Shown: positions 10,458 to 23,290 of the stretch, piece after piece
Layout of the letters: every line of letters starts with the position of its first letter
Position numbering within the stretch: position 1 is the stretch's first letter
Assembly: GCF_000143415.4 (NCBI RefSeq)
Contig: NW_003314354.1
Location: forward strand, 348,575 to 412,574
Direction of reading: 5' to 3'
Length of the DNA stretch: 64,000 nucleotides
From: Selaginella moellendorffii
Lineage: Eukaryota; Plantae; Lycopodiophyta
Translations under genes and position numbers: made by a program
The notes under the pieces: model-generated
Database searches by the model: none
What the model saw: only the letters and a program-made list of their open reading frames with translations
What the model was told of the DNA's origin: nothing

Positions 10458-11823
10458 CATACTTTACAAAATCAGAAGAAGACAAAATACTAATAGAAAC
10501 ATGGAACTTACAAAAAGAAATTGAAAACATAAATGTTTTTAGACAAAGAACAAAGAGAACAATAGCAAATGAAAAACTTCAAAGAAGAGTATCTACTACT
10601 TAAGGAGCAAATGCTGAACTTTGTGGGCTGCCAGATCTGGCCAATCGGGGCCATCCAATGGGGGGGTAACTGTAAAGGGGTTATTTCTTTAACCACATGT
10701 TAGCGAATAATCACACTAGTGTTTGCTCCCGGCCAATGGCCAAGCTGTGTGTGGCAAGAGAGGAAGGCCTAGCGACGCATGTCACATGCAATGTGTTGAC
10801 CGTCGTGGCCTATCAAGTGAATTGGTTTTGTTTTGTATGTTTTTCTAGGGTTTATGAGACGGCGAGAGAGCCCCTGCTGCTGCTGCCAATTTGCAATCCA
10901 AATCGGAGGTGCTGTGTCAATGTTGGTGTCCAGTTAACTTTAACATTGATGTAGGAGTGAGAACCCCATCGCAAGTTGTTATTTGTCATTCTTCTTTCAT
11001 AACTTTGGTATTCTCATACACAATGTGTCTCCACTTTTAGCTCTTCATCGCGTTAATGTGAGGAGTTCCATCAAATCAAGGTATTTGTGGTGTGTAGAAT
11101 TTGTATGATCTTCATTCTTACTCCACTGTCAAGAAATGGGATGAGGCGATTTAAGCTCTTAAATGCTTTGAAGCACATTCACTTGGCACAGCCTTGCTCA
11201 CCTGGACGTGAAGCTTGACAACATCTACATCTGCAATCGCATCTACAAGATTCGCTCCGAGACCGTGCTGCCGAGGTAGAGGCTGTGGAGGCTGTAACAA
11301 CTGCAAAGTTACCTACTCAATCTGCGCGGTGGGCGCCTCCCATTGTTTTGCTGTGTTGTGGTGTTGGTAAATTTTCTTCTTTTCACTGTTTTGTTATTGT
11401 TCTTCCTACCATATGTGTTGCGGGATTTTGTGACTTAGTGCTGTCAGGGAGAGCCAAGACTGTAAATCCCTGTTTTGTAAGATTTTGTATACTTGGCTGT
11501 CTATGTGTTGTCAGCAGATTGGACATTCATCCTTTGATCCTTTGATAACCTGGAGAAAATGAAGAGAACAATGAGCAAAGTTCAAAGTCGAGAGAGAAAA
11601 AAGAGATTTTTACCTTCAGGATACATTGCATGCAAAAGGTATGGCTGCAGTCCAGTTTGGATGGCTCTACACAGTGCTCTGGACGAAGAATGGGAAGAAA
11701 TGAAGTAAGCTTAGATTGTTACAACAATTTGCGAGAGTGGGAGTTAATGAGACAAATGCAGCAAATGATGTCATTGTGTGGCATTGCGAAGTTGAAAACT
11801 TCGTTGAGATCTAGCCCCATCAT

Positions 11824-12017
11824 TGTAAGCAACCAAAGGGAACGACTCGAGAAACGATCTATGGGGTTTAAATATAAAGGGAAAAGGCCTATGAACAAGA
11901 GTGCACCCCCTTTTCCAATCGGTTAAGGGTTTTGGGATATTTGGGGTTAAGCGTCCTTAGGTTTGAATAGTACTGGGTTGGGTGACCTCTCGGGAAGTCC
12001 AAACTCAAGAGCTTACA
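11824..12017 (+). mobile_element. Cassandra-type (5S-bearing TRIM) solo LTR inserted in the Helitron
   Basis: Inverted termini TGTAAGC...GCTTACA; TSD ATCAT on both sides; internal 5S rRNA-like segment. Confidence 0.85.
11946..12000 (+). other. 5S rRNA-derived domain (box A / IE / box C region) inside the solo LTR
   Basis: GTTAAGCGTCCTTAGGTTTGAATAGTACTGGGTTGGGTGACCTCTCGGGAAGTCC resembles plant 5S GTTAAGCGTGCTTGGGCGAGAGTAGTACTAGGATGGGTGACCTCCTGGGAAGTCC. Confidence 0.85.
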
Positions 12018-12190
12018 ATCATCTTCTCTTCGATTGACAGAGATAGAGGTTGCTTACAATCATCTTCTCTTCGATTGACAGAGATAGAGGTTGATCTCGG
12101 TGTTCTTCCGATATGTGTGAGTTGGAAGAGCTCTTGCTGTGATGCAGGCTGGCGAATGGACTCTTGGGAAGGTTGTGTCCATTCCCATCA

Positions 12191-12953
12191 GCATTGCTAG
12201 AAGTAATCAAGTTCTATCATATGATTGTGATGTAAGCATCATCAGGAAGTGGATGAAGAGCTTCACTCTCATCGCCATTGCTAGAAGTAATCAAGTTCTA
12301 TCATATGATTGTGATGTAAGCATCATCAGGAAGTGGATGAAGAGCTTCACTCTCATCGCCACCTTCGCCCTCCAGCACATCCATGATGAATCTGAAGGGA
12401 TTGCTCGACTGGAACTGCCATTGCTAGAAGTAATCAAGTTCTATCATATGATTGTGATGTAAGCATCATCAGGAAGTGGATGAAGAGCTTCACTCTCATC
12501 GCCACCTTCGCCCTCCAGCACATCCATGATGAATCTGAAGGGATTGCTCGACTGGAACTGCCATTGCTAGAAGTAATCAAGTTTTATCATATGATTGTGA
12601 TGTAAGCATCATCAGGAAGTGGATGAAGAGCTTCACTCTCATTGAAGGGATTGCTCGACTGGAACTGCCATTGCTAGAAGTAATCAAGTTCTATCATATG
12701 ATTGTGATGTAAGCATCATCAGGAAGTGGATGAAGAGCTTCACTCTCATCGCCACCTTCGCCCTCCAGCACATCCATGATGAATCTGAAGGGATTGCTCG
12801 ACTGGAACTGCCATTGCTAGAAGTAATCAAGTTCTATCATATGATTGTGATGTAAGCATCATCAGGAAGTGGATGAAGAGCTTCACTCTCATCACCACCT
12901 TCACCCTCCAGCACAACCATGATGAATCTGAAGGGATTGCTCGACTGGAACTG
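12191..12953. repeat. Tandem array of a 143-bp unit (units about 84, 143, 143, 107, 143, 143 bp) inside the Helitron
   Basis: GCCATTGCTAGAAG recurs at 12274, 12417, 12560, 12667 and 12810. Confidence 0.95.
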
Positions 12954-12989
12954 CTGCATATCTGCTTGATCATTTCGAAAAAGAAAATA

Positions 12990-15900
12990 GATATGATACT
13001 CAAACATATTAATCCATATGCACAAGCTTTTAGAATGATGTATGAATTGGAATGAGAAAATATTTCAAGAACTATTATTTCTGGTAGCAATTTACGTGGA
13101 GTTTATATGCTCATTAAAAATGAAGGCACAAACCATCGTCAATATAATACTCCACAGACTAATGATATTGCAACAGTTTTCCAAAGTGAAGATGGTGTGC
13201 CACCTTTTGACCGTGAAATATGCATTCATCCAAAATCATCATAACCACAATATATATCTATTTTAAATGCTAATTGCGATCCTATGGTTTATCCATTGCT
13301 TTTTCCATATGGAGATAGAGCCTAGCATGACAAGCTTTTTTCTAACAAACATGTAACACTCCTTCAATTATGTTTATTTTTTGTCCAAAAGAGATTCAAC
13401 ATTATCAACCTCTACAGTTATATATGACCAAATTTTACATGCTGGAAAACTCACCCAACAATATATTGTAGATGCCTATGTTAAAATTGAAAGCAACAAT
13501 TTACAATACTATAGATCTAATCAAAAAAATATGAGAGTTGATTTTTATACAAGTTTGATGGATTATATTGTTGGCAAAGCTGCTGATGCAAATGCTCAAC
13601 CAAGAAAAATTTTTATTTTACCTTCTACTTTTATAAGAAGCCCAAGAGCTATGCAACAAAATTACCAAGATACTATGGCAATTGTAACAAAATACTCAAA
13701 ACTTGATATTTTCATAACTTTCACTTGCAATCCTAAATAGCTTGAGATATTACAAAATCTGCACCCTAATGAAGGACTTGAAGACTGACCTAATTTAGTT
13801 GCTAGGGTTTTTAACATGAAGCTAAAATATTTTCTCCATGATATTACACAAAATAATATCTTTGGAAGATGTATTGCATTTATATATATCATTGAGTTCC
13901 AAAAAAGAGGTTTGCCACATTGTCATTTCCTAGGCATATTAGATAATGAAAGTAAAATTAAAGACCGTGACACTATTGACCAATATGTATCTACTCAATT
14001 ACTTGACCCTTTATCAGAGCCCGACCTCTTTAAAATAATCACATCACATATGTCCATATGGATTACTAAATCCTCAAAGTTCATGTATAGAAAACAAAAA
14101 ATGCTTCAAAAACTATCCCAAAAACTTCAATGACAGAATTACATATTGTGTGGATGGGTACCTAGAATATTTTAGGCTAAAAAATGGTGACACCTTCCTT
14201 AAAAATGATCTCCAATTGATAACAAATGGATTGTCCCATATAATAAATATTTATGTAAAAAATACAAAGCCCATATAAATGTAGAAATATGTGCATCAAT
14301 TAAAAGTATTAAGTATCTTTTTCAATATGTTTATAAATGATATGATTGTGCAACCATTCAAATCCAAACAGCTACTCAATCTGAAAATGTATTAAATTGG
14401 GATGAAATCACGAATTTTATAAATACCCAATACATTTCAGTACCAGAAGCTATTTGGAGGATATTTAAATTTAAAATGCATGGACACTCACACCCTATAA
14501 TACGTCTATCTATACATCTTCCTGACTTCCAAAATGTGTATTTTACAGAAGGCTCGGAGCACAATGCCTTGCAAAGAGTAGCACATAATGGGACAATACT
14601 AACAAAATGGTTCAAACTCAATATTCATAATCTAAATGCAAGACAATATATCTATGTTGAAATACCTTTACATTATGTTTTCAATAAATCTGCTAATGTA
14701 TGGCAATGTCAAAAAAAGAAAAAGGTTATTCCTCGACTATATTTAATATCTCCTCTAAATACCGAGTTGTACCACTTACATATTATTCTTCTTCATAAAA
14801 AATGAGTGACATCCTTCGACAATATTAAAACTGTTAATGATGTAACTTACTAAAGCTTTCAACAAGCTGCTATTGCTATGAGTCTTTTTGACGATGATAA
14901 CGAGTGGTATAATTGTTTACAAGAAACATGCAATTTTCAAATGGCCCTGGTGGTACTGGCAAAATATATTTATTAAAGATAATGGTAAAATATTTTGAGT
15001 TCTACAATAAAAAAGTGGTTTGTATGGCATGGACAGACATTGCAAGCACACTACTACATAATGGACAAACATCCCATACAACCTAAGTTATTAATTCCAA
15101 TTAATGATATATCCATTTCTGGTTTAACACCTAATAATAGTGTTAGTAGATTTATGAAAGCAATACAAGTGCTTATTTAGGATGAAATTAGTAACACTTA
15201 CCTTTGCAACTGTCAATTGCTACCTACAAGACTTGAAACAAAACAATTCTCCATTCAGTGGCATTGTTATTGTTACAAATGGTGAATTTCGTCAAACATT
15301 ACCAGTTGTCCCACACAATCATCGAGCACATATTATTTCCACATCTGTAAGAATGAATAGTCTATAAAATCTATTTTAAAAGTTTCAATTGCAAACAGAT
15401 ATGTGGCTTGGCCCCAAGTTCCTAGACTAGGCAGAATGGCTATTGAAAGTCGGTGATGCAAATAATTACACACAAAACCCTATTTTACCACTTGATTCTA
15501 TCCTTCTTCCTTCAGAACTAATTAGAAATACTTCTATTACTGATTTCGTATTCCCATGTATCAAAGATATTTCAAATGTTCAAATTGCAGCAAATAGAGC
15601 CATTTTAACACCTCTTAATGATGATACATTTCCAATTAACAACAACATCATCTCTCAATTACCAGGTCCACCTCAAATTTATATTAGTATTGACTCTGTT
15701 AATGTTGAACACCCTGAAGATTTCCCAATTGAATTTCTAAACTCTATCATTCCCTCTAGACTACCACCACACAAATTGATACTAAAAGAATGTTGTATAG
15801 TTATTCTTCTGAGAAATATGTCTCTAACAATTGGATTATGCAATAGAACTCGACTAATGGTCAAAAGAACTTCATATAAAGTTTTGGACTGTGAAATAAT

Positions 15901-16240
15901 TACAGGTGAATTTAAAGGTACTAAAACTTTTATCCCACACGTTAACTTAACACCCTTTAATTCGGATGTTCTATTTCATATGTCTCAAAAACAATTTCCT
16001 CTTCATCTTGGATACTACTTAACAATTTCAAAATGCCAAGGTCAAACATTTGATCGTGTAGGCATCTACTTACCCCAGCCAGTTGTTACCCATAGGCAGC
16101 TCTATGTTGCAATCTCAAAATGCACATCACCACAACAATTTGTAATTCGAGTTGACACAACTTAAACACAAGGCTACTTGATTCCATTCAATTTATCAAC
16201 ATTCACCATCAATATTGTATATAAAGAAGCTTTATATTAA
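12990..16240 (+). pseudogene. Helitron Rep/PIF1 helicase, disrupted
   Basis: FITFTCNPK, IEFQKRGLPHCH, KYLFQYVYK, GPGGTGK, GEFRQTLPVV, QFPL..TISKCQGQT..LYVAISK; many stops and frameshifts plus an internal deletion near 14940. Confidence 0.92.
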
Positions 16241-16808
16241 CTAACTCCTATCCTACTACACCTTAAAACATAAAAACAAACTACAATAAACTTTATTATT
16301 TTTTAACTTTCCCTATGGCCCAATAGATAGCAATGGACTGGTGCTAACAATGAAGGAATCATTTCACAAGGAAATTGTGAGATGTGTGCAAATTCTGTCA
16401 CAAATATATGTTAGTAAGTTTGAGAGGATTTTCCAACTACCTAGCATTGGCTTGGCAAATACTAGTATTATATGAGAACCAAAGAAAAAAAAACAATAAA
16501 AGAAAAAAAACAACAAGAAAATGAAGATGAAATAAAAAATATAAAAACATTACAAACTTATTATGAAGCTATACATAATATACCACTACATCCTTGTAAA
16601 ATATGTAAAAGACTCTAGTTTAAATGTAATAAAAAATATTCAATCAATGCATGATAAATAAAGAAAAGTAAAAAGTCTAGAAAATGTTAGAATGAATGAA
16701 ATTGATCAATATACAGAACAACTAAATGATATTGAAGAAAAAATGATTGCTCTACATATTCTATTTGCAAATAAAACAATACCAAAACAACCTCAATAGT
16801 ACTATCAC

Positions 16809-16899
16809 ATTAGTTGGGAAATTTATTATTCCTCCTTTTATGTGTTGCTGGTATTACCAGCAACACATAAAAGGATGAATTATAAATGTCCCAACTAAT
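16809..16899. repeat. Near-perfect 91-bp foldback
   Basis: ATTAGTTGGGA...TCCTTTTATGTGTTGCTGGTA-T-TACCAGCAACACATAAAAGGA...TCCCAACTAAT. Confidence 0.9.
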
Positions 16900-17338
16900 A
16901 TTAAACCAATATTCAATAGAACATACTAAAAACAAATTCAACTAAATTGAAGATTAAACAAAAAAATGATTATAAATATGGAGTAGCTAGAGAAAATTAT
17001 ATTTATAATAGTATAAAAATAACTGATAAGAAACAAAACTATATAAGAAAAATAAATAAATATAGATGAAAACTGGTTTCATCAAGCACAAAATTTAGAA
17101 AATATAGATAACAAGACATATATAATATTAGAAAATCAATTACAATAAAAATTAAATGAAGATGACAAAAATATAAGTAGGTTGGTCAGATTTCCAATGG
17201 AGTCTAGGAGCTTGATGTTGAATAAGTTTTCCGGGTCTCGAACTTTTCATCCAATAGTAGAACTATAGAGCTGCTCAAAACCAAGTCAGGGGGATTGAAA
17301 AGCACCATCTACCAAAGTATTCATTGCCAAGTAGTTCG

Positions 17339-17652
17339 TAGATGAAATAAAAGACAAGCAAGTGCACTTAGTTTTCCTTTCAAGAGTCTATTTAATCCTT
17401 TCTAGAAATTGCACTATACATTGGACTATTTTCTTCTTAACATTTTAGAACAACCAAGATGGTGAGTTGTTCAGGACATATTTTAACAATTCAACAATTC
17501 AAAAGAGAGGTTGCAAAATAATTAAGTTTACTTTATGTATGTAGGCCGTTGAATATGAAGCAAAAGTGGATCTTCAACATGATTCTTAGGTTTGACTAAC
17601 TTATGGTGTTTCCTTATTTGATTCCGGCTTAGCACAGTAGATTGCTAGAGTT
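17339..17652. repeat. About 315-bp dispersed repeat, second copy at 22609-22922
   Basis: Colinear and moderately diverged by eye (TAGATGAAATAAAAGACAAGCAAG ... ATTGCTAGAGTT). Confidence 0.9.
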
Positions 17653-18074
17653 TGAGAAGAAATTAGTGCGGTTGTGGCAAAAATTAGTGTAGATCTTGTG
17701 CATGAGCTTCCACTCAGGCCCCAGTGAGTGAAAGGCCAATCGCTTGAACCAAAGCTAAAGATCCAGAAGAACTCCTTTGACTTAGGGCGATTGGTGAACT
17801 TCGTCATGATCCAATATTACAAACGGAGCTGGTTTTACCTTCGTGATTGCCATAAGCTGCTGATGTTAAGTTGTGGGATTAATATTTGACGAGCATTCTT
17901 TCATTTGTCCGAGCAAAGTTTACCGAACACTTAAGCCGCATACAAATGGGGCAACAATGGCACTATAACTCCCATCATCATCCACCTACAAAGTACAAAG
18001 TGGATGACTTATTACAACCCCCATCATCATCCACCTGCGGAGTACAAAGTGGATGACTTAGTGTTAGTCCATTT

Positions 18075-18420
18075 TCCCCATCTTACGGTATGTAATTTAT
18101 CTAAAAGGCTCCTTGCTTAGTGGAAAAGATTGTATTGGGTATTGTGGCAAGTTGGACCATAAGTTTATGAGGTTCAGTATGACATCCAACAGGTCAATCT
18201 TCCAGAGATTGTGTATGTATAACGGTTAAAATACTTCATAGAAAGGGATCAAGAATAGCTAATACCACTTACAAATCCGCCGATGCTTTGTCCTGACGTT
18301 CTTTCATATCTCGGCCCATCTACAAAAGAACCCTAATGGTCTTTTATTATTCCAAGAGGAGGGGATGATGTGAAGGCCAAGTGTATGGCTACAATGCCAT
18401 ATACTAATATTAGCATAGTG
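18075..18420 (+). mobile_element. Degenerate Ty3/Gypsy integrase C-terminus (GPY/F-like) + PPT + LTR start
   Basis: NLSKRLLA*WKRLYWVLWQVGP*VYEV...IVYV*RLKYF; AAGAGGAGGGGA then TGT at 18369. Confidence 0.6.
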
Positions 18421-20239
18421 GGATTTTGATAGCTGTCAGATTGATTTTAATTTGAACCACTGGCTCCTGTATATAAACTAGGGTTTTTGGGCTAATTGAT
18501 ATTTATATTTTTTGTATTCCCTTTCTATATTCCATGCACTTATAGAAGTAATATAAATTAAGAAATAAAAACAAACTTTTATTTATAGTTTTAACTTTTT
18601 TATTTGTGGCTATCCATATTCATTAGAAATTCATATCTCTTCACTTTAATTGAGCTTCTTGATATGATATTTATTTGGATATTTATATTTATTATTGTAA
18701 TAATTATGATTGACAACTTGTAGTAAAAAAATTAAAAATAATGTTTTAACATTAATATTTTATATAATTAAATATATCAAAAACTTATATATTATCTTGT
18801 GAAATTAATATATTAACTTGTGAAGTAGATGAAGGCTAAAGATTATGTTTAATTTTAATTTTAATTTAATTTTTATTTTTATTTACCCATAATATAGAAT
18901 CTATATTTACTTTAAAATTATAATAAACAGCTAAAATCTAAGTAAAATGTGAATTAATATTTTTCATTTTTACTCTAGATATTTAGTGAGTTTTTTTTAA
19001 ATTTTATTTAAAATTTTATTTAATTTATCTTTTTTATAAATAATAATTTGACATAAATCTATGAATCAATGGAGGAATATGATTTTTATAATTTCATTAT
19101 ATTTTACTTGTGTATTTAATTTAGTTATTATTTAATTGAAAGCATATCCAAAGTCTATACTATATTAACTTTATATTTAAAGAAATTAGAAAAACTTTTA
19201 TATATAAACATTTATAAATTTTAGTACTTTTAAGTTTTGAAAGGCTTTCAATATAAATATTTTAACTAAATATTAAACAAGCTACAAATAAATAAAATCT
19301 TTAACTATATATTTTCACTAGATTATGTTAGAATGTGCGCCTTGTATTCCACAAAAGCAGTTGCACCATTTATGGTACTGCTTACTGAGTATTGTAGTAA
19401 ACACCCTTCCATTCCCAATTATTTATAATGTATAAAATGGATTATATAACGATAAAATATAATTTTATTTATTTGTAAAAAGTCAGAAAACATTTATACA
19501 TACATATATATGGAGTACTCCCCTGTTCCAGAGAATAATCCTAAAGAAGTAAAAAAAAATTTAAAGAATCAAATGTGTTATATTTCAATAATAAATAAAT
19601 CAAAAATAGAAAACAAAAAATATATATTATCTGCTTAAAAAGTCAAGCTATGAAAATTTAACACAAGTTAAAAAAATTGAACATGCTATTGGATAAGTGA
19701 TTCAGAAATAAAAAATGAAACAAAGAAGAAATATGCAAGTTTTTAGTTTTATTTTTTAAATTATAATAATTTTTTCATTAATTAATTTTTCATTTAATCT
19801 CAGAAATCAGAAATCACTGTCTTGGCACATCTTTCACTTCTGAATTCTCATTATTTTTCCAACATTTATTTTCTCTCATAACTTTTTTCTTCAACACCTT
19901 TCTTTAGCAATGACAATATGCATGCTATGCTTTTTCATGAGCTAGTAGGAGTTCTTGTGTTCTGTAATCACTTGATCTACTTAAAATATATAGACAAGAT
20001 TTCTCTCTTTTGTTTCTCCCTTTTATGATTCTATGACTCTGGTCAGGGATGCCACTGCCTCAAAGGAGAAGGCAAAGGCAAGGAACGATACTGGAAAGGC
20101 AACTCCCCTTGAGAGAGTCTATGAGGTTGTGAACGACGTCCCATCCAGTGAGCACGAAGGCCAGACGAAGCTTGAAAGGAGCTCTCTCCTTGTTTCCTCA
20201 AGTTTTTCTTCAAGCTAGATATGATCTGTGCTGCAGCCA

Positions 20240-22350
20240 CGAAAATGCCATCATGCCATACTGGACAGTTGAATGGAGGAGATCTCATAGGCAAATCCAT
20301 CAGATTCTGTCTAGCTGCTTTTGTGTTCTCTTTCTGCAGTGGAAGCACAAATAATAGCTTCGTTGGACGGTATAGCAGTGCAACCTCCGCGAGGTGGTGG
20401 AGTTCCCCAGGAAACTGATGACAATAACGGTGGCTGGAACGCTGGTGATGGTGGAGGCTGGAACACTGGAGGCTATGGTGGCGGAGGATGGAACGCTGGC
20501 GGTGAAATGGCTGGAACACTGGCGACAATGGTGGCGGAGGCTGGAACACCGGCAGCGAGGATGGTCGTTGCGGCTGGAAGACAGGCAGCGACAATGCTGG
20601 TGTGCTGGAGGCTGGAACAGGTGGCAGAGGCTGGAACACCGGCGGCGAAGATGGTGGTCGAAATGGCTGGGGCAGTGAAGAAGTGCTGGAGAAGGACCAA
20701 GCTCGCGAGTGGTACCAATGAAGAAGACAATCCCGAGTAGTCCCTGCGTAGAACGCGAGCAGTGGCGAGTCGCAAGTGGTGATGCTGGAGAGGACTAGAG
20801 GAGCATCGACAAGACAAGCGTTTTGGCCGATTTGGAGAGATTTTAGTTCGCGGGCGAAATCTTTGTTTGACAAATTTTGGGCTCTTGTTTGTTTGCTCAC
20901 TTGGATCCACGGCGCTACAAGGAGATGGTCGCGCTGGGGAGCATCAGCTTCGCCGCGACCCCCAGTTGATGCTGATGGTGATGCCTTCCGCCGCTCGGGC
21001 ACTGGATCGCGCCGAAGAGCCTGGAATTCTCGACGTGGGGGGAATTTCAGAAGCTTCCTCAAGCACGGTCGATGCTGAAATTTGGAGATCCGCCAGAAAC
21101 ATGGAACTCTTTTCTATACTGTAAGTTGTGATGTTCCTTTTAATAAGAGAACGAGACATGAATTACAATAGGAAGATTTTAAGCATTTGCTTGCAGGGTT
21201 TGCTGCTCACTTTGTTTTCCAGAGATATACCCTTTATCACGAATCTTCAAAAGGAAGAGGGCTCAAAGCTTGTGCAATGGCTTTGTGGATCCTCTCGCAC
21301 CCGTTTTCGCGCAGGCCCCCGAGGTACTGGGGCTTGCCTCACAGGTTCACCGTCCTAGCGGCGATCTCCCTGCTTTGGATAGCTCTCGGCAGCATCCCGC
21401 TCTATGGTATGTCCAAGACGCCGGCAGCTGGCTGGGCATGGGTGCGCGAGGTGTTCGCATCCAGCCCAGGAACTCTCACAGACCTGGGAGTGATATGCTT
21501 GGTGGCTGCTAGTCAGGTGAGGGTGAGGTTGCCAATGAGCGAGGAGGTGCCCATGCCCGAAGACAAAGTAACGAAGTTCGTCATGTTTGGCGTGTCGCTG
21601 CTCCTCCCAGTGCTGCCCCTTGCTGCTGGTCGCTATGGACGTGATCTCGGTGTTCTCAAGGTGCTGCTGCTCTATGCCCAGCTCTGCCTTGCGAATTGCG
21701 TCGCGTGCTTGCTCGTGATTGCCTGCGAGTGTCGGCGCTGGGGAATAGGAGTTGACATTGCGGAGCTCCTCCCGGCGGCGACTCTGGCCAAGAGCTTGGT
21801 TGTCAAGGCGTTGAGCCCATTCCCTCCAGCGGCACCGGTTAGTGGCAGAAGGTTTGAAGGTGCGCTGCTTCACGGGCGCCGCGTACAAACTCCAGAAGAA
21901 TCGGAAGTTCACGCTCTTTCAAGTCTTGGACTGGTTACAACCGGTACAGTTTCTCGCTTTGTTGGCATGGATTTTGGGCGTCGTTTCCTCCAAGGCGCTC
22001 ACGCTGTCCGATGGGCTCACCTGGATCTTGGTGCCGGTGGCGATGGTAAAGGCTTTTGCGGCGTGGGAGAGTTGGGAGCTGGGCTCGTCGGAGACGGATA
22101 CTTGGGCCGGGGTGGCGGCTGGAGTGCTGTGCGTGGTGGCGGCTGCCACAGGATGCGTGGGCTCGGCTTTCGGATGGCTGATAGTTTGTCGGCTGATCTA
22201 CAAACTTTACCGCTCAGTGTGCTCTGCAATTATGACCCGGCGGATGCTAGAAAAATTGGAGCAGGAGGGGGTGCCCTCCATGTACGCACGCTTCTGAAAC
22301 TCAAATCAGCTTTTGTAGTTTATCATCAGCAAGGGAACAAAAGAAATAGA
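20240..22350 (+). repeat. Segmental duplicate of 1-2425 (GW fragment 20429-20677, AFG1 fragment 20901-21197, Sec61-like gene)
   Basis: High colinear identity with the window start, with several indels. Confidence 0.95.
21277..22297 (+). pseudogene. Sec61alpha-like copy 2, frameshifted
   Basis: 134-bp deletion (copy-1 positions 1808-1941) near 21878 shifts the frame; two further 9-bp deletions. Confidence 0.88.
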
Positions 22351-22949
22351 CGGTTTTCAGCATTCACCTGTTAATTCTTGTAAGAAACTAAAAAATTCTC
22401 AAACTACTTTGTGGATGGATGAGGCATGGCTCTAGGCACTGGGCGGCGAAGATATCAGCATGCTCCACAGATTGTGCCAGGACTTTGTAACAGGCACTGG
22501 TCACCGGATGGGAAAAGGGTGACAGCGAGCAATATGGGATATGTCCAGCAGCAGTGACCAATCATCAGCTCATGCCATGAGAGTGTAAGATCTTGGCTAG
22601 GCAGTTTCTAGATGAAATAAAAGACAAGCAAGCACACTTAGTTTTCCTTCCAGGAGTTTATTTAATCCTTTCTAGGAATTGCATTATACATTGGACTATT
22701 TGCTTCTTGACATTTTAGAACAACCATGATGGTGAGTTGTTCAGGATGTATTTTAACAGTTCAACAATTCAAAAGAGCGGTTGCAAAATAATTAAGTTTA
22801 CTTTGTATGTGTAGGCCGTTGAATCTGAAGCAAAAGTGGATTTATGACATGATTCTTAGGTTTGACCAACTTATGGTGTCTCCTGATCCTATTCTGGCTT
22901 GGCACAGCAGATTGCTAGAGTTCTATATTTTCAAAATTTGTAACCATTG

Positions 22950-23290
22950 GGATCTCTTAGTGGTAATAGAAGGCCTTTCTAGAGTAGGGAAGACTGAGTT
23001 ACTTATTGAGGTTATGGCAATGATTTGAAAATTTCTGGCTCCAAGCAATAAATGGGTCTGTGGATGCTTTTTACATCAGCTTTAATGGTTGAACTTTTAA
23101 CACCTTTAAACCTTACTTTTTGACTTTTGAGTGTTAAAGGGGATTTTGAGTATACTATCCATTTTTTGTCCATCTATTCCTGCAATTAATATATTTATTC
23201 TTATATACCAAACACTCACATTGATAGAAATGAGGGGCATTGTAATTTGTCTTTGGATGTTTCTTTCTTAAATTCTTTTGTTGTCTTCTT
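22950..23290 (+). pseudogene. Eroded CRESS-DNA (gemini/genomovirus-like) Rep SF3 helicase fragment
   Basis: VVIEGLSRVGKT (cf. IEGDSRTGKT); then, across frameshifts, DAFYISFNG..FKPYF..EC*RGF*V and SIPAI in the expected order. Confidence 0.45.

Larger units (their letters stand above)
10592..16465 (+). mobile_element. Full-length decayed Helitron
   Basis: 5' TCTACTACT after a host A; 3' degenerate hairpin CCTAGCATTGGCTTGG then AATACTAG followed by a host T; internal Rep/Hel remnant. Confidence 0.88.

Noticed and set aside
11946-12000. Functional 5S rRNA gene
   Set aside because: Only about 55 nt, diverged and embedded in an LTR.
12191-12953. Possible hammerhead ribozyme (minus-strand CTGATGA) or CRISPR-like array
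   Set aside because: No GAAAC core or stem II follows the motif; the units are head-to-tail without unique spacers, and the context is eukaryotic.
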